DNA from: Candidatus Aenigmatarchaeota archaeon
GTDB taxonomy: Archaea > Aenigmatarchaeota > Aenigmatarchaeia > QMZP01
Direction of reading: 5' to 3'
DNA: 64,000 bases
NCBI GenBank assembly: GCA_043824495.1
Contig: JBDRSV010000024.1
Span: 32,001 to 96,000 of the forward strand
Under the pieces are notes generated by a model. The model made no database searches. It was not told where the DNA came from and was given only the letters and a program-made list of their open reading frames with translations. Shown in pieces: positions 38,218 through 49,327 of this stretch. The position numbers and the translations under genes were made by a program. The stretch's first letter is position 1. Each line of letters begins with the position of its first letter.

Positions 38218-39293
38218 GTGAAATGTAGTTCAACTATGTCCTTGTCTTTTAATTTGTACTCTCCTCCCATTTTTTGACCTGGGAATTTACCTGATCCCCA
38301 TATACGAGCATACTTGAAATTATCAGCGAAAGTTCTATGTAATTTTAGGCAAACGTTCTTGACTGTTGCTGGTTCTCTTAGTATCAGCGGTTCTACCAGA
38401 TCAGGGTCTTTTCCTATCTTCTTAAGAAAAATTCTTATTAGGCTTAGATGATCCCAAATAAAATCTCTGAGTACGTCTATATTGGTTTGTTTCAGTGCTG
38501 ATATATAGAAAAAATCCTTTTTCTTATCATTTTCTTCTAGAAGATCTGACTTGTTTATGATTGTAATACCAGGTACATAAATTCTATTTGTCATAATACC
38601 GTCTATGAACCTATCAACTGTTACATTCTCCCTAATCAAAACATCTGCATTGTATATACCAAATTCGTTCAAAACTGATCTAATTTCATCTCTGGAAACT
38701 TTGGTCAATTTAACTGTAGAACTTATGTTAAGTCCACCCAAGTTTTTCTTTATCACTTTTATATCAGGTGGTTTAGTATTCAATCTAAAACCAGCACCAT
38801 AAAGCTCTTTTTCTATAATTTCAATTTGAAAATCTATACTTTCTTTTCTATTAGATGCGGCTAAAATTAAGATTAAATCAGCATTCCTTGCAACTGCTAG
38901 AATCTCTCTGCCTCTGCCTTTACCTGTGGCAGCATTGGATATTATACCAGGTACATCGAGTAGTTGAATCTTAGCTCCATTATATTCTAGAACACCTGGA
39001 ATTATCTCAAGTGTGGTAAAATCATAATCCCCAATCTTAGAATCCGCATTTGTTAGCTGATTCAGAAGTGTTGACTTGCCTACTGAAGGAAAACCAACCA
39101 TAATGACTGTTGCATCCCCGGATTTCTTTATTCCGTACCCGGCTCCTTTCTTACCTCCAGATTTCCTCTCATCTTCATTCCTAAGTTTAGCTATTTTAGC
39201 CTTAAGCTTGCCTATATGACCTTGTGTGGCTTTGTTGTATTTGGTTCTCTGAAGCTCATCTTCTATTTTCTTAATATCGTCTTCTGTTCCCAT
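38214..39293 (-). CDS. DRG/OBG-family GTP-binding protein with TGS domain
   Basis: TKYNKATQGHIG, VGFPSVGKST, YDFTTL, DVPG, NKSD. ATG 39293 preferred. Confidence 0.95.
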   Translation of the reverse strand: MGTEDDIKKIEDELQRTKYNKATQGHIGKLKAKIAKLRNEDERKSGGKKGAGYGIKKSGDATVIMVGFPSVGKSTLLNQLTNADSKIGDYDFTTLEIIPGVLEYNGAKIQLLDVPGIISNAATGKGRGREILAVARNADLILILAASNRKESIDFQIEIIEKELYGAGFRLNTKPPDIKVIKKNLGGLNISSTVKLTKVSRDEIRSVLNEFGIYNADVLIRENVTVDRFIDGIMTNRIYVPGITIINKSDLLEENDKKKDFFYISALKQTNIDVLRDFIWDHLSLIRIFLKKIGKDPDLVEPLILREPATVKNVCLKLHRTFADNFKYARIWGSGKFPGQKMGGEYKLKDKDIVELHFT

Positions 39294-39332
39294 AAATCGT
39301 ATATAATATAATGGTTTAATAAAATAATATGT

Positions 39333-40133
39333 ATGGAATTGAAAAAACACGCAGAATTCATCTTGAAGAAGTATAAAATAGATCCAAACGTGACCCTAGA
39401 CCAGCATTTCATGATAGATTCTAAAATAATAGAGAAAATTGTCAAGAAGGCTAATCTAAAGCCCAATGATACAGTCCTGGAAATAGGTTCTGGTATAGGG
39501 TTTATTTCAAGAGAAATAGCTGATACTGGATGTAAACTTATAACAGTAGAGATTGATAAATCCCTTGTAGATACATTGAAAAAAGAAATGAAATCTTATA
39601 ATAATGTGAAAATTGTCAATGATAATGTCCTCAAAGTTATAGACAACCTGGAGTTCGATAAAATAGTTTCAAATACACCATATGCAATATGCGAGTCTCT
39701 TATACACAAATTGACCAGGAAAAAATTTAAGATTGCAGTGTTAACGGTTCCAAAATCCTTTGGATACAAACTACTTTCAGATGGTCATTTAGCGGCTTTC
39801 TCTCAGGTTTTCTTTCAAACAAAGATGTTATTTGATCTAGAAAAAGACGTTTTCTATCCAAAACCAAAAAAGAATTCGGTTGTCATAAGTCTAAAACCAA
39901 GACTAGGGAATACCTTTTTAAAACAGATATTCTTATTAGAAAAGAAGAAACTAAAAAATAGTCTCCTCGAAACAATCATTTATAAAGACAAAATTACTAA
40001 GAATGAGGCAAGGGAAAAACTAAGAAATTTGAAATTCAATGGAAAAATATTGGATAAAAAAATTTCAGACATCAATTTAAAAGAGTTGGCGTACATAATT
40101 AAACACATCAAAGATTCGGAAATTGGAGGATAG
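39333..40133 (+). CDS. rsmA: 16S rRNA dimethyladenosine transferase KsgA/Dim1
   Basis: LDQHFMID, VLEIGSGIG, VSNTPY, FYPKP. Confidence 0.88.
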   Translation: MELKKHAEFILKKYKIDPNVTLDQHFMIDSKIIEKIVKKANLKPNDTVLEIGSGIGFISREIADTGCKLITVEIDKSLVDTLKKEMKSYNNVKIVNDNVLKVIDNLEFDKIVSNTPYAICESLIHKLTRKKFKIAVLTVPKSFGYKLLSDGHLAAFSQVFFQTKMLFDLEKDVFYPKPKKNSVVISLKPRLGNTFLKQIFLLEKKKLKNSLLETIIYKDKITKNEAREKLRNLKFNGKILDKKISDINLKELAYIIKHIKDSEIGG

Positions 40134-40139
40134 AATAAT

Positions 40140-41804
40140 ATGGTAGATTACACAGAAGAGCAGGCTGTGCATAAACAAGCATCAATCTCAGAGTTTTTTG
40201 AGAAAAACAGACATTTACTCGGATATGATAGTAAGATAAAGGCACTTTTAATTATAGTCAAAGAAGGTGTAGATAATGCTTTAGATGCAACCGAAGAAAC
40301 AGGTATAATGCCAGAAATTTATATAAAAATAGAAGAAATAGAGAAAGAAAAATACAACGTAGTCATAAGAGATAACGGTCCTGGTATAACCAAGAAAAAA
40401 ATACCAAAGATTTTTGGAACTCTTTTATACGGAAGTAAATTCCACAGACTGAGACAGTCTAGAGGTCAGCAAGGACTTGGTATCAGTATGGCTGTTTTAT
40501 ATTCACAACTTACAACAGGAGAACCAACAGAAATTTTATCCTCAGTGGGTGATGGTAAGACACATAAATACAAATTAAAAATAGACGTAAAGAAAAATGA
40601 ACCAACAATACTAAGCGAAGAAATGATAGATATAAAAGAATGGCATGGAACTCAAGTGAGTTTCATTTGTGAAGGAGTATACAGAGAACACAAACAATCA
40701 GTATTAGAGTACTTGAAACAAACAGCAATATCAAATCCTTACGCAGAAATAATGTTTGAATCACCTTCAGGTAAATATGAATTCAAGAGAGGAGTAGATA
40801 CTCTTCCTGTAAAACCTAAAGAGATAAAGCCACATATTCATGGTGTTGAATTAGGAATATTATCAAGAATGCTTCATGAAACAAAAGCTCATAGTTTATC
40901 AGGATTTTTAACAAGCGATTTCTCAAGAATTGGTAAGTTAACAGCTGATGAGATAATTAAGAAAGCAGGAATACTTGACGCGCAAGGTAATCCAGAATCA
41001 AGATTATCTCCAAGAAAAGTTACAGATAAACAGATATCAGATATTATAAAGGCCGTAAAAGAAGTTAAACTAACAAAGCCGCCAACAGATTGTTTGTCTC
41101 CTGTTGGTAATGAACCAATAGAAAAGGGAATGAGAAAGGAGTTAGATCCAGAGTTTACAGCTTCTATCACAAGACCACCTTCTGTTTATAGAGGATGGCC
41201 TTTCCAAGTAGAGGTTGGAATAGCTTATGGAGGAAGTATACATGAAGCGAAATTGATGAGATTTGCTAACAGAGTTCCGTTATTATATCAACAAGGAGAT
41301 TGTGCTATCACAAAAGCTGCGATGGGGATTGACTGGAGAAGATATGGTATAGAATCAGATAAATTACCTACAGGTCCTATTCACATATTTGTTCATATGA
41401 TATCTGTGTGGGTTCCATTCACATCAGAATCCAAAGAAGCTGTTGCTTCTTATCCAGTAATAGTAAAGGAAATTAAACTTGCAATACAAGACTGTGCAAG
41501 AAAATTGTCTATGTATTTATCTGGTGTGAGAAAAGCACAGGCAATTGCAGAGAGAAAATCAATATTCGAAAGATACGCCGGTGAAACTGCAGTCGCTTTA
41601 CATGAGTTGACAGGAAAACCATCAGATGAGATAGAAAAAATGATTAAAACCATGGTTGATGAAAAATGGCAAAGTATCGAGGAATTCCAGAACACCAAAA
41701 ACAATGGAGATGATAATAAAGAAGATGTTTTAGAAGAGCCTAAAAAAGAAGAAAAAACAGAAGATAAACCAACAGAAGAGAAGTCAAAGGAGGAGAAGAA
41801 ATGA
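40140..41804 (+). CDS. top6B: DNA topoisomerase VI subunit B
   Basis: SISEFFEKN, KEGVDNALDA, DNGPG, SRGQQGLGIS, RFANRVPLLY. Confidence 0.97.
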   Translation: MVDYTEEQAVHKQASISEFFEKNRHLLGYDSKIKALLIIVKEGVDNALDATEETGIMPEIYIKIEEIEKEKYNVVIRDNGPGITKKKIPKIFGTLLYGSKFHRLRQSRGQQGLGISMAVLYSQLTTGEPTEILSSVGDGKTHKYKLKIDVKKNEPTILSEEMIDIKEWHGTQVSFICEGVYREHKQSVLEYLKQTAISNPYAEIMFESPSGKYEFKRGVDTLPVKPKEIKPHIHGVELGILSRMLHETKAHSLSGFLTSDFSRIGKLTADEIIKKAGILDAQGNPESRLSPRKVTDKQISDIIKAVKEVKLTKPPTDCLSPVGNEPIEKGMRKELDPEFTASITRPPSVYRGWPFQVEVGIAYGGSIHEAKLMRFANRVPLLYQQGDCAITKAAMGIDWRRYGIESDKLPTGPIHIFVHMISVWVPFTSESKEAVASYPVIVKEIKLAIQDCARKLSMYLSGVRKAQAIAERKSIFERYAGETAVALHELTGKPSDEIEKMIKTMVDEKWQSIEEFQNTKNNGDDNKEDVLEEPKKEEKTEDKPTEEKSKEEKK

Positions 41805-42895
41805 CAGAAAGAGAAATGAATCCTATTGAAGGTCTAAAGAGACTGGGTCAAGGCGTGGTGGGCCAGGTAGGGAAAAAAGAAAATCCTGATGTTAAATTAC
41901 CGATTAGAGCTTTATCAAATATTTACTTTGATGAAAAAAACAATTTGATTAGATTAGGAAACAAAGTGAGTCACAGAACATACCTCAACGTAGCTCACAC
42001 AAAAAAATTTATGCAGACACTTATGGTTGCTGCTGAGTGTAAGAAGATTATAGATCAAAATGTAACTACATCAATCAGAGATTTGTATTATGCTTTAAAG
42101 CATACGATACCAAACACCAAAGAAAATACATTCGAAGATCAAACAGAAAGCGATCCTCTTCTAGAAGACATAGAAGCGGCTCTAAATACACTTAGAGAGA
42201 AACTCCATTTGCAAGCAGATAGAAAGGGATATGTGGCAGGAGATATCAGAATAAAAGATACAGGTGACACAATTGATGCAAGCAAAATGGGTTCTTCTGG
42301 ATGGGCTATACCATCGAATGTGGAGCCAGAGAAAATTGAATTTAAAGACTGTGGTGCAGAATTTGTTTTGGTAGTAGAGAAAGATGCTGTATGGCAAAGG
42401 CTGAACGAAGATAAATTCTGGAAGAAACATAAATGCTTAATACTCACAGGTAAAGGACAACCAGCAAGAGGAACAAGAAGACTCATAAACAGAATACAAA
42501 AAGAGCTTAAACTTCCAATTTATGTCGTATGCGACGGTGATGTCTGGGGATATTACATATATTCTGTTATAAAACAGGGTTCAATTAACTTGTCTTTCTT
42601 ATCAGATAGACTAGGAACACCAAGTGCAAAATATATTGGATTGACAACAAGAGATGTAGATCAATACAAACTCCCTAAGAATGTAACAATTAAACTGAAT
42701 GCAGGAGATATCAAGAGAGCACATGAACTGTTAAATTATAGGTGGTTTAGACCAAAACCATGGCAAGATGAGATACAAAACATGCTTAATGTTGGATACA
42801 AATTAGAGCTTGAAGCCTTATCAGCAAAGGGAATTAGGTTCATATCAGAAAACTACTTACCAGAGAAAATAAAATCCAAAGATTTCTTACCTTAA
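41801..42895 (+). CDS. top6A: DNA topoisomerase VI subunit A
   Basis: SIRDLYY, FEDQTESD, VEKDA, KGQPARGTR, DGDVWG, KLELEAL. Confidence 0.97.
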   Translation: MTEREMNPIEGLKRLGQGVVGQVGKKENPDVKLPIRALSNIYFDEKNNLIRLGNKVSHRTYLNVAHTKKFMQTLMVAAECKKIIDQNVTTSIRDLYYALKHTIPNTKENTFEDQTESDPLLEDIEAALNTLREKLHLQADRKGYVAGDIRIKDTGDTIDASKMGSSGWAIPSNVEPEKIEFKDCGAEFVLVVEKDAVWQRLNEDKFWKKHKCLILTGKGQPARGTRRLINRIQKELKLPIYVVCDGDVWGYYIYSVIKQGSINLSFLSDRLGTPSAKYIGLTTRDVDQYKLPKNVTIKLNAGDIKRAHELLNYRWFRPKPWQDEIQNMLNVGYKLELEALSAKGIRFISENYLPEKIKSKDFLP

Positions 42896-42926
42896 AGAAT
42901 TAAAACACCAAAAACAATGAGTAGAT

Positions 42927-43307
42927 ATGGTCATGGAATTCTTTACAGGAGCAGCGAATCTTCTTGTAGGTGATACTCTAACTTTCATAATATTCGAGAT
43001 TATTCTCCTTTTGATATCAGCTCTCTTCATATGGATAGGAGCTAAGGTAGCACAAGTTAAGAAAGGATCTATTGGAAGAGCATTCTTGGTTGCAATTGTA
43101 TTTTCAATTATTACTCCAATATTCATGATCCCTTTTGTTGGCTATGCTTTAGTAACATTCATTCTAACACTAATAATAAACCTAGTAATAATAAAAATAG
43201 TGTTCTCAGCAAATTGGAGAAAAGCTCTAACTACATGGGTTTTTTCTATAATATCAGGCATAATAGCAGTATTGATACTGGGTTTTGTTTTAGTTCTTTT
43301 GGTATAA
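42927..43307 (+). CDS. Hypothetical membrane protein (4 TM)
   Basis: Strongly hydrophobic 126-aa ORF between top6A and corA. Confidence 0.7.
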   Translation: MVMEFFTGAANLLVGDTLTFIIFEIILLLISALFIWIGAKVAQVKKGSIGRAFLVAIVFSIITPIFMIPFVGYALVTFILTLIINLVIIKIVFSANWRKALTTWVFSIISGIIAVLILGFVLVLLV

Positions 43308-44372
43308 TTAAATCCAATCCTTTCTCCTGAAATATCCTAACATGATAAGACCAATTATTATCATAATAGTCCATACTATAGGATACGACCATTGCCATGA
43401 AAGTTCCGGCATGTGTTGAAAATTCATCCCATAAATGCCTGCTATAAAAGTTAGAGGAATAAATATTGTAGCTATTATTGTCAAGACTTTCATTACCTCG
43501 TTCATTTTATTACTAATACTAGAAAGATAAACATCTATCATACCTGAAACCATATCTTTGTATGTTTCCGTAGTATCGATTATTTGTATTATGTGATCAT
43601 AGACATCTCTCAAATATATTTCCGTTTTTGTTTCTATTAGATTACTCTCTAGTTTTTGTGCTTTACTTATAGCCTCTCTTAGTGGCCAAATAGATTTTCT
43701 AGTGAATATAAGCTCTCTTTTTATTTTATGTATAGAATTAAGCGTGTTTGGTGTAGGCGATCCTAATACATCATCTTCTAGAGATTCTATTTGATCTCCC
43801 ATTTTCTCAAGCACAACAAAATAGTTATCTACAATAGCATCCAACAAAGAATATAATAAATAGTCACTTCCAGACTTTCTAATTTTACCTTTGCCATCTC
43901 TTATTCTTGTTCTTACGTAATCAAATACATCACCTTCCCTTTCTTGGAAAGATAAAACAAAATTAGAACCCAATATGAGACTGACCTGTTCAGAGTTAAC
44001 TTCCTCCTTTTTTTCATTGTAAGACAACATCTGGAGGACGATGAAAACATATTTATCAAAATCTTCTAGTTTAGGTCTATGGTTAGTATTTAGTATGTCC
44101 TCTAAAACTAATGGATGAATCTCAAAATTATCACCTATCTTTTTTATAATTTCTGTGTCATGAAGACCAGATATGTTTATCCATGTTATAGTAGGTTTAT
44201 TCTTGAAAGGAAAAGAGTCTTCAACTTTTTTAAGTTCTTTTTCTTCAATCTTATCTTCTTTATAGTCTATGAGAGTCATTTTTACTTTATCTGTTATCTT
44301 TGTTCCAATGTGAACAAGAGAACCTGGAGACATTCCTGTCTTCTTAGAAACCCTTTTTATAAATTTAGACAT
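43308..44372 (-). CDS. corA: Magnesium/cobalt transporter CorA
   Basis: GMSPGSL, IHPLVLEDI, IAGIYGMNF..MPEL. Confidence 0.97.
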   Translation of the reverse strand: MSKFIKRVSKKTGMSPGSLVHIGTKITDKVKMTLIDYKEDKIEEKELKKVEDSFPFKNKPTITWINISGLHDTEIIKKIGDNFEIHPLVLEDILNTNHRPKLEDFDKYVFIVLQMLSYNEKKEEVNSEQVSLILGSNFVLSFQEREGDVFDYVRTRIRDGKGKIRKSGSDYLLYSLLDAIVDNYFVVLEKMGDQIESLEDDVLGSPTPNTLNSIHKIKRELIFTRKSIWPLREAISKAQKLESNLIETKTEIYLRDVYDHIIQIIDTTETYKDMVSGMIDVYLSSISNKMNEVMKVLTIIATIFIPLTFIAGIYGMNFQHMPELSWQWSYPIVWTIMIIIGLIMLGYFRRKDWI

Positions 44373-44404
44373 ATTTAAGAATTAGAAGTCCGATTTAAAA
44401 GCAC

Positions 44405-44626
44405 CTAATAAGTCACAACAGTTCTACTGTCTTTCTTTTCTTGGGATAAATTCTCAAGATGTTGAGGGTCCACTACAGCCTTATCTTTACACAGTTCGTT
44501 GTTTATACTCTGGTCTGTAACAAATTTTTCCCTCAGCTTACAAAAACCCATAACAATTGAGCCCATTGCAGCTGTCTGATACTCCCTTTTCCTATCAAAA
44601 AATGGGCATTTTTTACATTGAACCAT
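44405..44626 (-). CDS. Small Cys-rich hypothetical protein (possible metal-binding)
   Basis: CKKCPFF...GFCKL...LCKD; ATG 44626 preferred. Confidence 0.55.
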   Translation of the reverse strand: MVQCKKCPFFDRKREYQTAAMGSIVMGFCKLREKFVTDQSINNELCKDKAVVDPQHLENLSQEKKDSRTVVTY

Positions 44627-44698
44627 ACTTAACAATTCATAATAAAACATTTAAAGTTGTCAGGCGTATCTATTAACTAATAGAGTAAAAGTGGAATT

Positions 44699-46903
44699 AT
44701 GTCATATACACTAATATTAACAGAAAAACCGTCAGCAGCAGAGAGGATAGCTAATTCATTGGCCGATGGAGAAGTAGAGAAAAATACCACAAGAGATAAA
44801 GTGTCCACATATAGGATAACTAGAAATGGTAAGGAAATAGTAGTTGTTTCAGCTGCAGGACATTTACTTGTTCTATCGGAAGATTCAGAAAAAACAACAT
44901 GGAAATATCCAGTATTCTCTGTTAAATGGAAACCAACTTATTTACAAAAAAATAATGCCTGGTCTAAGAAATACTTCACTACTATACAAGAAATGGCTAA
45001 AGATGCTGATGAGTTTATATCAGCAACAGATTATGATATAGAAGGTTCTGTTATAGCTTACAATATATTCAGATTTATTTGTAATGTAAAAGATGGAAAG
45101 AGAATGAAATTCTCTACTCTAACAAAGGATGATCTTGTGGATGCATATGAAAATGCTTCTCCTCATCTGGAATTCCCACAGATAGAAGCTGGTTTAACTA
45201 GACATTATCTAGACTGGTATTTCGGTATAAACATGACCAGAGCTCTCACGCTATCTCTTGAAAGTGTAGGAGGCTACTGGACACTATCAACAGGACGTGT
45301 GCAAGGACCAACACTCACACTTCTCGAACAGAGACAGAAAGAGATAATGAAATTCAAACCAGTCCCATACTGGGAAATAGAACTTAAAGGAATTCTTGAA
45401 GGTAAAGATATAGTTGCAAATCATGTAGAAGATAAATTCTGGGAGAAAAAAAGGGCAGAGAAAGCAGTAGAAAATTCTAAAGGAAAAGATGCTATTGTGG
45501 AGAGTATAGAAAAGAAAAACCAGAAACAGTCTCCCCATGTACCTTTTGATTTAACATCTCTCCAGAGAGATTCATATACATTATTTGGTTACACCCCTAA
45601 ACAGACTTTGGACATTGCACAGAGTCTTTACGAACAAGCTGTAATAAGCTATCCTAGAACATCGAGCCAAAAGCTTCCACCACAAATAGGATATAAAACA
45701 ATTATCAAAAAACTTGGAAACCAACTTGACTATGGGGAGTTAGTCAAAAAACTCATGGCAAAAAAGACACTAAAACCAATTGAGGGAAATAAAATAGATC
45801 CTGCTCATCCTGCTATATATCCAACAGGGCAGAGACCAAAATCACTTAATTCTTACCAAAAGAAAATATATGATATTATAGTGAAACGATTCTTAGCAGC
45901 TTTTGCAGATCCTGCAATTAGAGAGCTCATGAAAATAACAATATATACAAATGGGGAGAAGTTTGCAGCACACGGAGCTAGAACAGTTGAAGCAAATTGG
46001 ATAGAATTCTATCAACCATATACAAAGTTCAAAGATACTGTTTTACCTGAAGTGAAAAAAGGGGATAAAGTTGATGTAAAGAGCATAGACATGATAGGGA
46101 AGGAAACCCAACCACCAAGTAGATATAATCCAGCTTCTATACTAAAAGACATGGAAAAACTGGGGTTAGGAACCAAAGCTACTAGAGCACATATTCTCCA
46201 GACATTGTATGACAGAAGTTACATAAAAGAAAGATCAATCGTAGTCACAGAGCTCGGAGAGGCTGTTGTTGATGCTCTTGATAAATATTGTTCAGAAATA
46301 ACTTCTCCACAACTAACAAAAAGATTTGAAGATGATATAGAAGCTGTACAAGAGGGTAAAAAGAAAAGAGAAGATGTTGTAAATAGTGCCCAAAAGGAGT
46401 TAGAAGGAATACTGAAACATTTCAAAGAGAACCAGAAAGACATAGGTGGTAACATACTAAAAGCTGTTAAAACATTTGAGAAAACACAAAACACTATAGG
46501 CAAATGCTTGAAATGTAAAAGTGACATGAAAATCATGTATTCTAAGAGAACTAAAAAGAGGTTTGTTGGCTGTTCAGGATATCCTAAATGTAGTAATTCT
46601 TATCCATTACCACAACAAGGACATATAACAGTAGAATCTAAACCATGTGATAATTGCGGTTTGTTTTATGTTTCTGTGAAAAGTACTGGAAGAAGACCTT
46701 GGAGACTATGTGTTAAATGTGGTTTCGAAAAGAGTAAAGAGAAAGCTAAAACAACTAAAGAAGAAGCATCTAAAACAGAAGAACCTAAAACAACTAAAGC
46801 AATAAAAACTCCAACTAAAACAAAAACCAAGACAACAAAAAAAGCTACTGAAACTAAAATCGCTGAAATAAAATCAACTGAAACGAAAACAGTAAAGAAG
46901 TGA
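44699..46903 (+). CDS. topA: DNA topoisomerase I (type IA)
   Basis: TEKPSAA, ATDYDIEG, GRVQ, ISYPRT (catalytic Tyr), GTKATR, C-terminal zinc ribbons, K/T-rich tail. Confidence 0.97.
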   Translation: MSYTLILTEKPSAAERIANSLADGEVEKNTTRDKVSTYRITRNGKEIVVVSAAGHLLVLSEDSEKTTWKYPVFSVKWKPTYLQKNNAWSKKYFTTIQEMAKDADEFISATDYDIEGSVIAYNIFRFICNVKDGKRMKFSTLTKDDLVDAYENASPHLEFPQIEAGLTRHYLDWYFGINMTRALTLSLESVGGYWTLSTGRVQGPTLTLLEQRQKEIMKFKPVPYWEIELKGILEGKDIVANHVEDKFWEKKRAEKAVENSKGKDAIVESIEKKNQKQSPHVPFDLTSLQRDSYTLFGYTPKQTLDIAQSLYEQAVISYPRTSSQKLPPQIGYKTIIKKLGNQLDYGELVKKLMAKKTLKPIEGNKIDPAHPAIYPTGQRPKSLNSYQKKIYDIIVKRFLAAFADPAIRELMKITIYTNGEKFAAHGARTVEANWIEFYQPYTKFKDTVLPEVKKGDKVDVKSIDMIGKETQPPSRYNPASILKDMEKLGLGTKATRAHILQTLYDRSYIKERSIVVTELGEAVVDALDKYCSEITSPQLTKRFEDDIEAVQEGKKKREDVVNSAQKELEGILKHFKENQKDIGGNILKAVKTFEKTQNTIGKCLKCKSDMKIMYSKRTKKRFVGCSGYPKCSNSYPLPQQGHITVESKPCDNCGLFYVSVKSTGRRPWRLCVKCGFEKSKEKAKTTKEEASKTEEPKTTKAIKTPTKTKTKTTKKATETKIAEIKSTETKTVKK

Positions 46904-46918
46904 TTTTATATATTTCTA

Positions 46919-47566
46919 ATGGAATCTATTATTATGAAATACGATGCTATAATAGTTCCAGGTGGAGGCTTAGATCCAAATGGTACTCCTCATAGTTGGG
47001 TTAAAAAAAGACTCGATAAAGCTCTAGAGGTGTATACAGGAAAGGAGTTTCTTATTGTTCTCAGTAGGGGGACTACACATAAGCCACCAATTCTTGATAA
47101 GAAAGGATTTCCAATAGACGAAGCAACATCATCATCCGAATATCTTCTAAAGAAAGGAGTTGATAGAAAAAACATAAGAGCTGAAAGATCATCCTTTGAT
47201 ACTATAGGAAATGCTTATTTCTCTCGAGTTATTCACACAGATCCCATGGGTCTAAAGAACATACTAGTTGTAACATCTAAATTTCATATGACTAGAACAA
47301 AGTCTATTTTCAAATGGATTTTCAATCTCGAGCCTTTACGAGTAAAGTATAAGATAGATTTCTTAGAATCCGATGATGGTATGAGAGCTAATCTTACTAA
47401 ATTAAAACATGAAAGAGAAAGAAGTAGGTTGAATCAAATAAAAGAGAGACAGAAAAGAATCAAAACCTTGTTGCAACTTCATGAGTGGTTGTTCACAGAA
47501 CATGATGCTTATTCTTGTGGCTTGAAATCCACTTCTTTGAAAGGCAGAATTCTGGACACTTATTAG
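46919..47566 (+). CDS. YdcF/DUF218 (ElyC/SanA-like) family protein
   Basis: IIVPGGG, RLDKA, SFDTIGNAYF, VVTSKFHMTR. Confidence 0.85.
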   Translation: MESIIMKYDAIIVPGGGLDPNGTPHSWVKKRLDKALEVYTGKEFLIVLSRGTTHKPPILDKKGFPIDEATSSSEYLLKKGVDRKNIRAERSSFDTIGNAYFSRVIHTDPMGLKNILVVTSKFHMTRTKSIFKWIFNLEPLRVKYKIDFLESDDGMRANLTKLKHERERSRLNQIKERQKRIKTLLQLHEWLFTEHDAYSCGLKSTSLKGRILDTY

Positions 47567-47809
47567 TTACCACGACTCGTAAAATCCCCAATCCATTATG
47601 AAAACAGAAAGGAACACTGTTACTACAAGAACAATTATTAGAATTACTACTAAGAATGGATCATATCCTGTGGCCACACTGTGTATTATCAGTCCTAAGA
47701 TTATGAGTATTAGAACAATTACAGAAACTAAAGCGAATAATCTTTCTCTCCACGTTTTTTTTGCACTGTGAACGTGCATTTTTCTCTCTTTTCTACTCAT
47801 TCCTGGCAT
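47567..47809 (-). CDS. Small 2-TM membrane protein
   Basis: 80-aa ORF with two hydrophobic segments. Confidence 0.55.
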   Translation of the reverse strand: MPGMSRKERKMHVHSAKKTWRERLFALVSVIVLILIILGLIIHSVATGYDPFLVVILIIVLVVTVFLSVFIMDWGFYESW

Positions 47810-47841
47810 GTATTAAATTAGGTCATATAGAATTAAAAGTA

Positions 47842-49230
47842 TTATACTGGAATCCATTCAATTTCTTGTATGTGTGTGTTTGTGTTACCGGCTAGGTCGG
47901 CCACACCTACACCAAATATGTAATCACCTTCTATGTCAGCTCCTGTAAATATCCAAGACTCTCCATTTGATGGCATTTGAATAAGAGGTTCTTTGATTGG
48001 AATGGGTTTGACGGCGAGAGAAGTTTTTTCTGAACAGTCTCTGCTATTAAGGTCTAATTGACGAGTTTCTGTTGTATGTTTGGTTAATATGACTCTCTCA
48101 TAAGTCCCATCGCTTTTTTTGATTGTGGCGTATGGTTCTCCATAAATCTCTTCAGAGAATATCACTTCTACACCATTACTTCCCCATGTTCTTGTGTATA
48201 TTTCAGGTGCGATGTCATCATCACCCATACCTAATAACGATCTTGCAGCTTCATCTGCTGTTACAAATTTGTATGGTATTCCATATTCTTGTGACAAAGC
48301 ATCTAACTTAGCCTTTTCAGATTCAAGATATCTCGGTCTGATACCATCTTCATGTGTGTATGTACAATATACACCAACGCCGTTTTGTTGTGCGTATTCA
48401 AATGATTTCTCCGGATATTCTCCAAAAGGGTTGCAATAGAATATAGTTCTATCCGTGTCTCCTGGAGTTTGGTAATCATCTACACTAGGATGATAAGGTG
48501 ATGAATCTACGGGAGCTCTACTCCAATCGTAATTATAAATTGTTCCGTCAACCCAGTCATACCAACTCCACCAACATCCGTCATATATTGTTGAATTTCT
48601 TCTAAATGGTGCAAGATTAGTGAAATCAAATGGTACAATATCATCTAACCAATTAGATAGGTCATTATCTTCCCAAACCCATCCAGCTCTATATGATGAA
48701 GGGAAAAATTCTTTATCTATTAGAAGATGATTCAGAGCATTTTCTGCTAAATATTCGTGACCTTTAAAGTCATAATGTTGAGGATAACTACCACTACCAC
48801 ATTTCTTAACATGATGATAATGCCACTCTAAGTCATCACCGAAGTCTTCTATTTCTTCGCTCCAATTACCCATTAGAAGATCATGGATTAGTCCACAATT
48901 TCCCCAATATTCACAATAACTAGCATCTGATTGTAAATACCATGTGAGTTTAGCTTGGTTACCAAAAGAATCTGTTACTCTTGGTTGAAGAAAGACCTGC
49001 CTTAGACCATACTCATAATCTCTTTCATAATACTCCATGCTATTTCTGGTTCTAAGTTCAGTGTCAATTGCTATTACAGCATAAACAATAGAATTTTCTG
49101 GTGGGTTCGTGGAAGTGTTTATCGTTTCTTCTAATGGAGGTGATTTCTGAAATATATCTGAATTTCCGTTTATTAGAGGAAATGATATAAGAATAATCAA
49201 AACACAGATACCAATTATTTCATGTCTCAT
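47842..49230 (-). CDS. Exported protein, possible NodB/deacetylase-like catalytic domain plus C-terminal Ig-like domain
   Basis: Signal peptide; VIAIDTE, LTWY, WHYHH, SSYRAGW pattern; C-terminal DIAPEIY...VADLAGNT. Confidence 0.55.
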   Translation of the reverse strand: MRHEIIGICVLIILISFPLINGNSDIFQKSPPLEETINTSTNPPENSIVYAVIAIDTELRTRNSMEYYERDYEYGLRQVFLQPRVTDSFGNQAKLTWYLQSDASYCEYWGNCGLIHDLLMGNWSEEIEDFGDDLEWHYHHVKKCGSGSYPQHYDFKGHEYLAENALNHLLIDKEFFPSSYRAGWVWEDNDLSNWLDDIVPFDFTNLAPFRRNSTIYDGCWWSWYDWVDGTIYNYDWSRAPVDSSPYHPSVDDYQTPGDTDRTIFYCNPFGEYPEKSFEYAQQNGVGVYCTYTHEDGIRPRYLESEKAKLDALSQEYGIPYKFVTADEAARSLLGMGDDDIAPEIYTRTWGSNGVEVIFSEEIYGEPYATIKKSDGTYERVILTKHTTETRQLDLNSRDCSEKTSLAVKPIPIKEPLIQMPSNGESWIFTGADIEGDYIFGVGVADLAGNTNTHIQEIEWIPV

Positions 49231-49327
49231 TTTTTATCTGTATTAAATAATGGGCGTGAAATTATAAATAAACAATAGTCCATCTAATTATAAATGAATC
49301 CACTAAACTGAATGTAATATGGGGTAT

